This document shows, piece by piece, positions 13,301-25,300 of a DNA stretch of 64,000 nt (positions are counted from its first letter, which is position 1; each line of letters begins with the position of its first letter). Under the pieces are notes generated by a model, which ran no database searches, was not told the origin of the DNA, and worked only from the letters and a program-made list of their open reading frames with translations. The DNA comes from Felis catus (Eukaryota), in the NCBI RefSeq assembly GCF_018350175.1, contig NC_058368.1, positions 15,750,001 through 15,814,000 of the forward strand. Reading direction: 5' to 3'. A program made the position numbers and the translations under genes.

Positions 13301-16300
13301 TCTACCTTTGGTAGCCCCTGGTTTTCCCCTCTGAACTAGAGTTTCAAGGCCTGAATATTACACCTGGGGGAAGGAGGGAGCTCCCTTAGAGCTCAGTGTA
13401 GCTTTGGTGGGTTATATGGGTTCTTTGTTATTGTGAGATTTTGCCATGTCCTGTACAAGGATACACTCCACTGAGGAAGGGGTCTAATCACATGGATCTG
13501 TGCCCTAACTGAGCTTGAAGCCCTGAAACTGGCAAGCCCTAGCAGTTTTTCTTGCTGCGACTGAAATCCTGGGATACTGTGTGATAGCAGGTAGGTGTAC
13601 TGATTAATGTTGTCCCAGGGTGCTTATTCAATGTCTCAGTCTGATTCTTTCCAGGTTGGGACTATTTGGTAAAAAGCTCAGAATGTGGTAAATTCGTCTT
13701 TCTCTAAATGACCTTTATTTTTATTTATTTGCGGCCGACTTCGGCTCGGGTCATGATCTCGCGGTCCATGAGTTCAAGCCCTGCATCGGGCACTGTGCTG
13801 ACAGCTCAGAGCCTGGAGCCTGTTCAGATTCTGTGTCTCCCTCTCCCTGACCCTCCCCCGTTCATGCTCTGTCTCTCTCTGTCTCAAAAATAAATAAACA
13901 TTAAAAAAAAATTAAAAAAAGAAAATAAAAATAAAGAGTGGAAATGGCACCAGGAGTTTTCTTTCTTTAACTTCCACTTTTTTTTTTTTTTTTTTAAATG
14001 AAACGTTGATACCTGCTTTATTCGTAATTGCCAAATGCTGGAAACAACCCAAATGTCCTTCAACAGTTGAATGGATAAACAAACTGTCATACACCCAAGC
14101 AATGGAATACTGCTGAGCAATTAAAAGGAACAAATTATTGATAAACATAGCAATATGGATGAATCTCAAATGCTGAATAAAAGTCTATCTCTACTTTTTG
14201 AAACTATGTCATGAAGGTGCACATGATCTTTACTGAGTGGTTCCTGCTTAGGTCTGTTTCATCAAAACCAAGTCTCTGTGATCCAGTTTCATTTCACATA
14301 TTTACCTGGGAGGCTCCATCTATGCTTTTAAATAAAAGCCTTAGCTGAATATATAGATAATAAATATTAAAACTCTGATAGAAGGGATTGAAAATGGAGT
14401 GATATGGCCAGAATATTAAATAAGTAATTGTTAAGTAAATCTCAGACCATCAGTGAATGTTTATAATAAAATGATTAGCTTTTCTGTGGGACCGTATACA
14501 GGAATTTCACACACAAAAAAAACACCAGTTTTTAAACTTATATGTAAATTCCATTTTTTTGTTAGTTTTTTTTTGTTTGTTTGTTTTGTTTTTTAAGTAG
14601 GCTTCACACCCAGCATGGGGCTTGAACTCACAACCCTGAGATCAAGACCTGAGATCAAGAGTCGGGATCCTTAACCAACTGAGCCACCTAGGCACTCCCG
14701 TAAATTCCATTTTAATGTTACTTTAGACTCCCCGTGTTCTTGACTGAAGATTATTTAATCTATATTCTCATACTCACAGGCCAAGGCTGTAGATCATTCA
14801 GTCCCTTTTCTAATTTCTCAACATCTGGAAACTTTGTGGCTCCATCAGCATCTGCCATAAGGATCTTTTCTCCTCGAGAACTGAATATACCCTGTATTTA
14901 AACATTTCAATTAAAAGAAAGTTGCTTAAAATTAAGGCTAAATCCAATGACATATCAGTTTGTTCTGCTTGACTTAAGATAACTAATATTAGATAATCTC
15001 ATATCTAATACTAGGTGTGAAATGGCAGGATGCCAAAGTTCCCTGAAAACAAATTACATTGATAAGATTCTTCCAAATGTATCTAATACCTAGTTCATGA
15101 TTTTAAAAACTTTGTGAGGTCCTACCACTATTACTTTGGAATATATCATGATAGGAATATAGATCTGGATGAATAAAAGATATCCCACATCAGTAAGAAC
15201 AAAAGTAAAATATCTATCATATATATTATATATGTGTTGTGTGCATATCAGGAGCTACTTTAGGATAGCATATGAAGAACATATTTATGAGTGGATTGAA
15301 CAAATACAATATATACAGACTTGCTGTGAAACCCACCATCAGACATATCTTTAGTATTCTTTGTTTTTTTGAATGTTTATTTATTTTTGAGAGACAGATC
15401 ATGAGCAGGCCAGGGGCAGACAGAGAGGAAGACACAGAATCTAAAGCAGGCTCCAGGCTCTGGGCTGTCAGCACAGAGCCTGACATGGGGCTTGAACCCA
15501 CCAACCATGAGATCATGACTTGAGCCAAAGTCAGAGGCTTAACAGACTGAGCCACCCAGGCACTCCAGTATTCTTTATTATGGAATCTAAAGCAGTTTAA
15601 ATTAATTGTTGAACAAAGAAATATGGAATATCACTAAAATTTGGGAAGCATGGATATATCCAAATACTATTTTATGTTATTTGAATCATCTGACACTTAG
15701 CAAAATTATGCCTCTCAATACTGAATCAATTGGCATTTTGTGCAAAATATGGCTCTATCAGTGTACATTTCACATGGAAACAAACTACACATCAACTCTT
15801 AATTCATGGTCCATTTGAGTGAATTCATTGTTTCTTAAGTATAAATATATGTATGGCTTGATACAGGAGAAATATAGCTTCTGATATAACTTAACAGTAT
15901 GTGAATATAGATAAGATATATACAAATGTAAACAAAACTTTGATCATTTATTCTATGGGATAAGCCCACTAATTAGTTTCTGTAATTTTTTTTTAGTCAT
16001 ATCAGTTAGAATACAGGTGAGGGGGCTTGGGTAGTTGAGTCTTTCGAGCATCCCACTCTTGATTTCTGCTTAGGTCATGATTCCTGGGTTGTGGGACCGA
16101 GCTCTGAGTCAGGCTGTGTGCTAAGTGTGGAGCCTGCTTAAGATTCTCTCCCTCTCTCTCCCTCTCCTTCTGCCCCTCTTCCCTGCTCGCACTCTCTTTT
16201 TTCTCTCGCTCTCTCTCAAAAAAAAAAAAAAAAAAAAAAAAAATACAGGTAAAAAGGCAGAATAAAAATGTTTTGTTTAACATCTGGACAAAAAAAACTG

Positions 16301-19300
16301 AAAAAAAAAAACAACAAAGGACTATTTCAGCAATACATGTTAAGGGTGAACTGGAGGTAATTATTTAACATTATGGAAAATGTCTTTGGCTTTAAATGTT
16401 GTTTAGTCCACTTTATTATTTTATCTTTTAAAAAAAATTTTATTTTAGAGAAAGAGAGAGAGCATGACCGGGGAGAGAGGTGGGGGAGCAGGGGGGGAAA
16501 GGGAGGTGGGGAGAGAAGGAGAGAGAGAATGAGGGAGAGAGGGAGGGAGGAGGGAAAGAGAGACGGAGGGGGGAGGAGGGAAGGAGGGGGAGAGGGAGAG
16601 AGACAGAGAGAGAGAATCTCAAGCAGGCTCTACGCTCAGCACAGAGCTTAACACGGGACTTGATCTCATGATCCTGGGATCATGACCTGAGCAGAAGTTA
16701 AGAGTCAGACACTCAACCAACTCAGCCACCAAGACACCCATATTATTTTATTTTTTAAAGGAGGTTCTTCAATGCTGGCTATTCTCCACTCTACCGACAA
16801 AGGCCTTCACTTCACCACCAAACTTCTTGAAAAGGTAGTCTATCCTAGCACTTCCCATTCCTGTCCATTCAATCACGCCCTATCCCTTCTCACTGCTTGC
16901 ACTGTTCTTTCTCATGAGCCGCATTTCCCCAAGGCTTGGTTTCCAGCTGTCCTTTTTCTCTATACCTTCTTCCTTGCCAACTTAATGGGTTCAACTATCA
17001 TCTGATGCATGTGGATTACTCACTCACATCTTCTCTACCAGGCTATTCTGGATACCACTACATGGTATCTCAACCTTAATATGGCTCAAACTCAATTAAA
17101 GTTGTCTTTTAAATCAGCTCCTTCTCCAGTGTTTCATTCCTTCTATGACATTCTCCTTCTCCTTGGCCTCCTCCAAGGTCTTAGGTAACTTATTCCTCTC
17201 CCTGATCACCTGATACAATTCTACCTCATTTTTTGCCCTCCACCCCTACCATATTGGTCTCTCCTCTTCTGATGCTGCATCACCATCATAATCCAAATTA
17301 ACAACCCACTTGTACCTTGCTTACACTACTGTGCTGGCTACTGTCACTCTGTCAAAGGTGAAAGCCTAAAAGTCCCTACCCTAAAAGTTCAGGATATGAA
17401 CCCACCTACCCCCTTGAACTTACTCCTATAAAGTCAACCCACATGTACCACTAGCAGTTCGTGATTGTGGCGCTTTCTCTCATACCTTTGGTCATGTCCC
17501 TCCTCTGCAAGCTCCCTGCCCCAACTTTTGCCTGGATAGAATTTCTAGTCTTCCTTGAAGATTCTGTGCAGAATTTACCTCCTATGGGAAGTCTCTGCTG
17601 CTGTTCCTCCCAGCTGGAAAGTGGCGCCATTCTATTACAGCGTTACAACACTATTAAAGTATGGTATCTTTAAGGATAGGATGGTTGTCTTTCATCTAAG
17701 TATCTCTAATAAGTGAATGGATGGATTTAAAGGCCACCATGATATTACACCAACCCTATTTTCTTTTTCTCCTCTTTGCATGGCTTATGACCTAGTCAGA
17801 GCAAGCTCACTGTTCGTAGTATGTATTCCAAGAGTTCTGAATTCTGTCTTGCTGCTCTTCTCTCAACATTTCCCACACACTAACAGAGATATTAGGTTAA
17901 GAGCATGGATTTCAGGGTACTAACCTAATCTAAATCTTCATTCTATTAATAACCATGTGACCTTGAGTAAGTTGCTTTACTATGTGTCACTTCCCTCAAC
18001 TACGTAATTGAAAAGTAGGACCTAACTCATGAGACAATATGAGGAGGGTTAAATGTGATAATTATGTTGAAGTGGCTAATTTACTGTCCAGCTGAAAATG
18101 ACCAGTCGAGTGGAATAACCAGGTGGAAGCCAGTTTTCACCATTGCTGGAGGCTTGGCTTCAGTGGTATCTCCTTTGTCAAAGTTTGCTTGACATGTGTT
18201 TGAGACTGATAGTTACCTACTCAAAATCTATTCTTTCCTTCTGTTTTACTAATGGATGTCTCATCAGGTCAGGAATGAAAATGTGAGGAAAAAACATTTC
18301 TCAGCCTTCCTTGGAAATAGGGGTGGCCTTGGGACACTGTTCTGGCCAATGACAATTAAGTAAATTTTTAGGTGGAGCTTCTAGGAAAGTTCCCCAAAAG
18401 GGAGCAAACCAGCCAGCATATGTCTTTTGCCCTCTGCCCCTCTCCTTCTTATCTGGAATGTGGATGTAATGGCTCCCAGGTACTCCAGGAGTCACCTTGT
18501 GTGAATGAGGAAAAAGGGAGTGAAAAGTTAGGAGGCAGAGTTTCTGATGACACAGTGGGGTTGCTGAATAAGCCCTGGACTGCTTGTACTTAGAGTTCTT
18601 TTTATGGGGGGGGGGGGGGGGGGGCAAAATAAATTAAACCTCTAAATCATTTAAGACACTATTTGGATTTTCTTCCACATATCTTGACTTGTGGTCTTTC
18701 TTCAGAGTATCTTGACTTCTACCTGACATGCCTCAGCTGAAAGTAACCTATCCTTTTTAGAATTTCTATAACACATCATGTGTACCTCTCATCAGTATAA
18801 TCATCTGTTCTAGCAGACTGCCAATTTCATCAAGATAGACCCACATCAGATTTATCTTAGTTCAGGTACCATGTTAACCACAGTGTCTTCATATAGGTAA
18901 ACCTTAATATGTAAAAGCATTTTATAAACTGCAAAAAAATCATATACTCTTATTATCTGGTGACTGTATTAAAGACACACAGAGGCAGATGATAACATTA
19001 TAAATTTTGATTAAGATACACCTATTCTCCTGAATTACCCAGTATATCATAGATATGGCATGATTTTTAAGATTTGATCACATTATATATAGATAAGTAT
19101 ATGAAGTTCTTGTTAAAACTAATTCACCACTAACCTGAAATGGTGGTATTCAATTAGACAGCTGTAGAAAACAAACATATTAGTCTGCAAAAGAATTTAT
19201 TAAAAAATGTTTACGTTTTAGATTAAAATGCTGAAACTATGTATTACCATCCTAATAGCTCCGCCTTTCCCACGATTCTTCACCAGCGTGATCACTCGTA

Positions 19301-22300
19301 CTTTGTCGCTTCCGTATTTCTGGCAATATTTAAAAGCTACCTGTCAAATTATATAAAAGTCAGAATAATATCAACTTGGATACTAAGACAGTAAACCAGG
19401 TTTCTGAGTTTGGCTTAAATACTGCTATTTCCGTTACACTGTTCTTCTGACTAGATTATACACACTGTACATTTTAGTGGCCCAGAGTTGTTGAATTCCT
19501 TCAACCCACTAAGTTGAAGTCACAATTCACCTTCCTGCAGCGGCAACAACAGAAGAGGCAGTGGCTGTCTCTTATTTTGACTCCTTTATTTATGCTAATG
19601 AACTGCTTGAGAAAATAAAACCCATGCGTTGATCGACTGGTACACACTTGTGATCTTCCCCCTGACCCTGCCGCTTACTGCTTAAGGACTTACTTACATG
19701 TCAGCAACTGATCTTACTCCCCACAAAAGTTGCTCATATCCTGGAATATTTCCCCCAAATCTTTTCACTCCATTGCCATTATTTTTTGATTTACAATCAA
19801 AGCCGTGAAACAGTGATCTGTATTTGCTATACACATCTCTTCATCACTCATTTAGTCATCAACCCATTGTAGTATGGTCCATGCCCTTTGCTTTTCCACA
19901 TCGCTTTTCTATATTACCTATCTTCATCAACAGCCCTCCCCCTCATTTTTTTAAGTAAGCTCCATGCCCAATATGGGGCTTGAACTCATGACCCTGAGAT
20001 CAAGAGTCACATGTTCTACCAACTGAGCCAGCCAGGTGCCCCAACACCTTCTCCTTTTGACCCTCATCTCCACAGAGAGTGTGAAGTTATTCTCATCTGC
20101 TGTTTGCCCTCCTGGCAGACCAGCTTTTAGTTTTTTTTTAGCAGCTTAGGAGCTATAGGTCTAAGAATGCAGGAATGAGAGAGGATAATACTCTAAGATA
20201 CTTGTTACCTCCTGTGGGTAAATCCAGATAGAGGTATGCCAAAGGACATATCTGACACCCACTGCCAGATATGAAGGCATCTTCCTATTTGCATGACTGC
20301 TTAGAAACTGTAAGGCAAGGTGGAGTATAAAGAAAAAAAATGATGCTTAAGAAAAAAGGAACCACATATTGGTAGGCAAAGAAGGGTCCAAGTGGCCAAG
20401 GTGAATTGTTGTTGTACATGTTTTCTCCCAATGTGATGATCTTCAAAGCTTCCCTGGTCTTATGGAGTGGTAGAACAGCAGGTTTATCTTCCAGCTTTCC
20501 ATAGGTGAAACCTCTCTGCTTTTTTGACTACCCACACTGTAACAACAGAGAGTGCTGGCACAGCTTTAGCACTCTCTGATGACCGGAAATAAGACTTTAC
20601 ATTTGTTAAATTATTCTACATTTCTATCCACTGGCAATCCTAAAAGCAAGTTTACTTACCTTTGAAGTTTGGTCTTTGCTGCCATCATCAACTACTATCA
20701 CCTCATACGTGAATGTGGGATCTTGCTTCTGCAAGAAGCAAAGATAAAATACCTCAATTTGGCATAAATGCCATCAAGAATTCTGATAAGATTGCAAAGA
20801 GTTTAAATAACAACTGTTTGGGTTTTTTTTCAGTCTTTGTTCCCTCTGGAGAATACATCCTTACTCTAAACCCAGTGGGGATACATAAGTCAAAAATAAG
20901 CAAAAACAGACAACTGTCACAGCAGAGACTCCCAGAGATGCCCGTCACTCCTGCCTCACGCTGCACTTCTGCTATTTGCCGTTCCCAAGTACTGGCAGGG
21001 CATCCTATGTAACATGTTGCTATTTGCAATGAATTTGCTTGGCTTTTGTTTGGCTGGGGAGGGAGGCAAGAATAGCTAAGAATCCTTACTAACTCATGGG
21101 TTTCCTCCTCACTTCTCATGTCCTCTAACCCAAGATGCAAGCTCTTTCATTTCTTTCTCTAAGTTTACTTGAGTAGCTATTTCTCCCAATTTCCTGTAGG
21201 CTAGGAATATAAATCCTGGACATTTATTTAGTTTAACCAAATCCTACCACAATAAAATAGTTTAGCTGTCCTTGAAGGTTATAAATAATAGTTGTTATAG
21301 AGTGATATGTAAGGGCACAAGTCACATAAAATAAAAAGTCCAAGAACCAAAAGGAAGAGAGATGCTGGGCAAGAGCAGAGAGCAAACACTGACTGAGTGT
21401 CCGTGAGTCCTGCTCTTGCCCTGGTCCCCCTGCACCAAACTGGTGGGAGCAGCCACGTGCTTGCTGTGCTGAGCACTTTGGAGACAGGCTACAACCTATG
21501 ACCTTGGGCAAGTTACATTTTGGCCTGTTTTCTCATTTAAAAAAACAAAAAAACAAAAAACAAACAAACAAAAACCCCCCACACCCAGTCTATGTGGTTG
21601 GTGTAAAGAACACATGTAATAGAAGAGGCAGAAGCCACACATTTAATAAGGGCTCCATTCTCTCCCTTTTTCCTTCTTTTTTTTTTTTTAAGTAATCTCT
21701 ACACCCAACATGGGGTTCAAACTCACAACTCCAAGATCAAGATTTGCACACTTCACTGACTGAGCCAGTCAAGCGCCCTTCTCTCCTTCTTTTCTTTAAA
21801 TTTAATTTTTCAACATGTCCTCCTCTCTTTCAATGAATCTTCTATGTTCCTTTTACAAAGAAAACATAAAACCAATGTAAATCAAAACAAGGAATTTTCT
21901 TATAAAAAAAAAAAAAAAAAGAACCAGCCACAAAACCCATTTGTTTCCTTAAAGTCTCTAAGGAGATTCCAACAGCAGCTGATGCTATTAAACAAGGGCA
22001 CGTATTACTTTTCTTCTCTTTATTCAGGGAAAGAAGAGTAAATAAATGAGGGGAACTCCTCTGCATAATAAAGAAAAACAAAAATAATTTGACTCTAATT
22101 ATAAGCCTTTTTCAAATAAATGTCTTTTTAAAAAGTCACAAAAGTAAAAACAGCACTGTGCTGCCACAGAGTCTGCAGATGTACTCAATCTTTTTATTTT
22201 TATTTTTTGGCTGTTTTATTTTTTATTTTTATTATTTTTTAAAATATATTGTAAAATTGGTTTCCATACAACACCCAGTGCTCATCACAACAGGTGCCCT

Positions 22301-25300
22301 CCTCAGTGCCCATCACCCACTTCCCCTCTCCCCCACCCCCATCCACCCTCAGTTTGTTCTCAGTATTTAAGAGTCTCTTATGGTTTGCCTCCCTCCCTCT
22401 CTGTTTGTAACTATTTTTTTCCCCTCCCTTCCCCCATGGCCATCTGTTAAGTTTCTCAAGATCCACATTCAACTTTAAATGTACCATCAGGCAAGAAGAT
22501 AAAAGTGGGTGGGAGGGTACATAAGTAATGTCAGCTTTCCAGTTTGTTCTGGGTTCACCCACCTGCTGCTGGAGGCAGTGAGCCACGTGCCGGGCTTGCT
22601 CGCTGACAGCCCATGGCAGGCAACAAGCTGAGCACGGGAGGCCCTGTGACCTTGACGGCCAGGCCATGGCCGGCACTGCCTCTCACCGTGGGTCTAGCCA
22701 GGATCTACAAGTTGGTGATCTAGTCTGGTTTTAATTGGAGACATCATATTGAAAGAGAAAACATGATACCTGTCTCTCCTCTAGATAGCCCAGCGCTTCA
22801 TCCATCATTACAGGCACTTAAAGAAAAAAAAAAAATATATATATATATATGAAAAATTGTTTTTGAAAATGATTTACCAAGCCTCAGAACACTCAGTTTA
22901 CATATGGAAAAAGTCTGAATAGTCTAATAGGCTCCTCTGGGACTTTCCTCCAGTGGCCATTCCCATCTGGAAGGTCTGCTGTTCACATCTAGCTACTCTA
23001 GTCTCTAGAATACTTCTTCAGTCCTACCACTTCTGATGCTGACCCTATCCTCTGCAGCTATTACTCGTTTCCTCTCTTCTGAACTACATCTACTAACTAT
23101 GCACATCTACTAACTACATCTACTAACTACCACAGCCCACATCTGTTAACGTTCTGGCAAAGACAATAAAGGTCATACTTTAAATTTCCTTTTCTTCCCA
23201 AATGACCAAAAAAATGAAATCGGGCTTACACCGTTTTTCTTCATTGTATGAAGGCACAACAACAGAGAGTTGCTTGGTAGGTGAGTCCCATATGCTGGGC
23301 AAAGTTTCCTTCTGTCCTCTGGCATTTAAGAAGAACTTCTCTTCTTCATATTGACGGAGATGTGGCATTTTTGTAGCAGTTATAAATGCAACAAAGGAAA
23401 TCTAAAAGCAGGTATATTAACAAGAAATTATGTTGACATTTTTTTTCGATTTGTTATATGAGAACACATCTTTTACATGATTTTTTTTGTTTGGTGGAAT
23501 ATTTACTCTCAGTTTTTAGTCCATTAACAATGGTCTAGAGATGACACCAAAATTCAAATCCCTTACTTATGCACTGGTTATTTTCCTTTCTTCAACTGGT
23601 AAGGTACTAATAATGCCTTAGGAGGCTCTTTGTCTCTTCTGATCTGTCATCCCCAGGACTCCATTGTCCTAGATCTAATAGGGAACAGTCACTAGAAGTG
23701 CAATCTATGATGCCCTGAACCTCCAATCCCCTGGCAAGCACATAGTTAGGTCTGATTTCTACTTGGAGCCTGTATGTGACAGAAGGTAAGTTCACAGTAC
23801 AGGCAGAATGTGTGGAATGAGGCCAGACCTCCCATCTTAGGGCCAAATCAAGCAAGGTTTTGAAGAAACGACCCCTCCACCCCCATGGTAGGGGCCAGTA
23901 ATGCTTAAGAATATATTCTTTTTTTTTTTTTAATTTTTTTTTTGACGTTTATTTATTTTTGAGACAGAGAGAGACAGAGCATGAACAGGGGAGGGGCAGA
24001 GAGAGAGGGAAACACAGAATCTGAAATGGGCTCCAGGCTCTGAGCTGTCAGCACAGAGCCCGACGCGGGGCTCGAACTCACGGACCGTGAGATCATGACC
24101 TGAGCCGAAGTCGGACGCCCAACCGACTGAGCCACCCAGGCGCCCCAAGAATATATTCTTGGCACTTACCCTAGATTTGAATTCAGAATACATTATTTAA
24201 AAAAAAATTTTTTTTTTCAATGTTTATTTATTTTTGGGACAGAGAGAGACAGAGCATGAACGGGGGAGGGGCAGAGAGAGAGGGAGACACAGAACCAGAA
24301 ACAGGCTCCAGGCTCTGAGCCATCAGCCCAGAGCCTGACGCGGGACTCGAACTCCCGGACCGTGAGATTGTGACCTGGCTGAAGTCGGACGCTTAGCCGA
24401 CTGCGCCACCCAGGCGCCCCCAGAATACATTATTTTTTGGGGTGCCTGGGTGGCTCAGTCGGTTGAGCATCCAACTTCGGCTCAGGTCATGATCTCACTG
24501 TTTGTGAGTTCAAGCCCCACATTGGACTCTGCTGACAGCTCAGAGCCTGAAGCCTGCTTCGAATTCTGTGTCTCCCTCTCTCTCTCTCTCTGCCCCTCCT
24601 CCACTCGCTTGCTCTCTCTCTCTCAAAAATGAACATTAAAAAATTAAAAAAAAAGAATATATATATTTTTTAAATAAAGTATCAAACTTGTAAGCTCTGT
24701 CACCATGCACTACTAACATTTTATAGCTCCCTTCCATTTTTATTTGGGAGCGAGCCCTGTAAATAACCATTCTTTGTAACACTGTTTCTACTGGTCCACT
24801 TCCTGCTTTTAAAGCAGTCAATCTACAAATATTTGGAATGCTACTCATTTTTAATGTGGTGACCATTTATAATATTCCATTGGGTACATACTGAAATTGA
24901 ACTTGTTCTGATTAGTAGGAGCATGGAGGCAGTATCCTGACTAGTGGTTAAGAGTTCCTGTTCTGGGGGTGTCTGGGTGACTCAGTGGGTTAAGTGTCCG
25001 ACTTCAGCTCACGTCATGATCTCATGGTTCTTGAGTTCCAGCCTTGCATCTGGCTCTCTGCTGTCATTACAGACCCCACTTTGGATCTTCTGTCCCCCCC
25101 CTCTGCCCTTCCCCCGTTCCCCTATTCACATGCACACGCACTCTCTCCCTCTCCCTGAAAAAAGAAAGTTCCTATTCTGCACCCCAGTGTCCAGAATGTG
25201 ATTTCTAAATTCAATTTCCTAACAAAAGTAATCAATGCTCTCTGTAAGATGCCACAGAATCACCTCATTATTTTGAAAATTCTGCCTTTTGTCTTACCTT

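Noticed and set aside
23086..23129. Three TACTAAC branch-point/QKI-like motifs
   Set aside because: They are antisense to ALG5 and explained by a simple tandem duplication.
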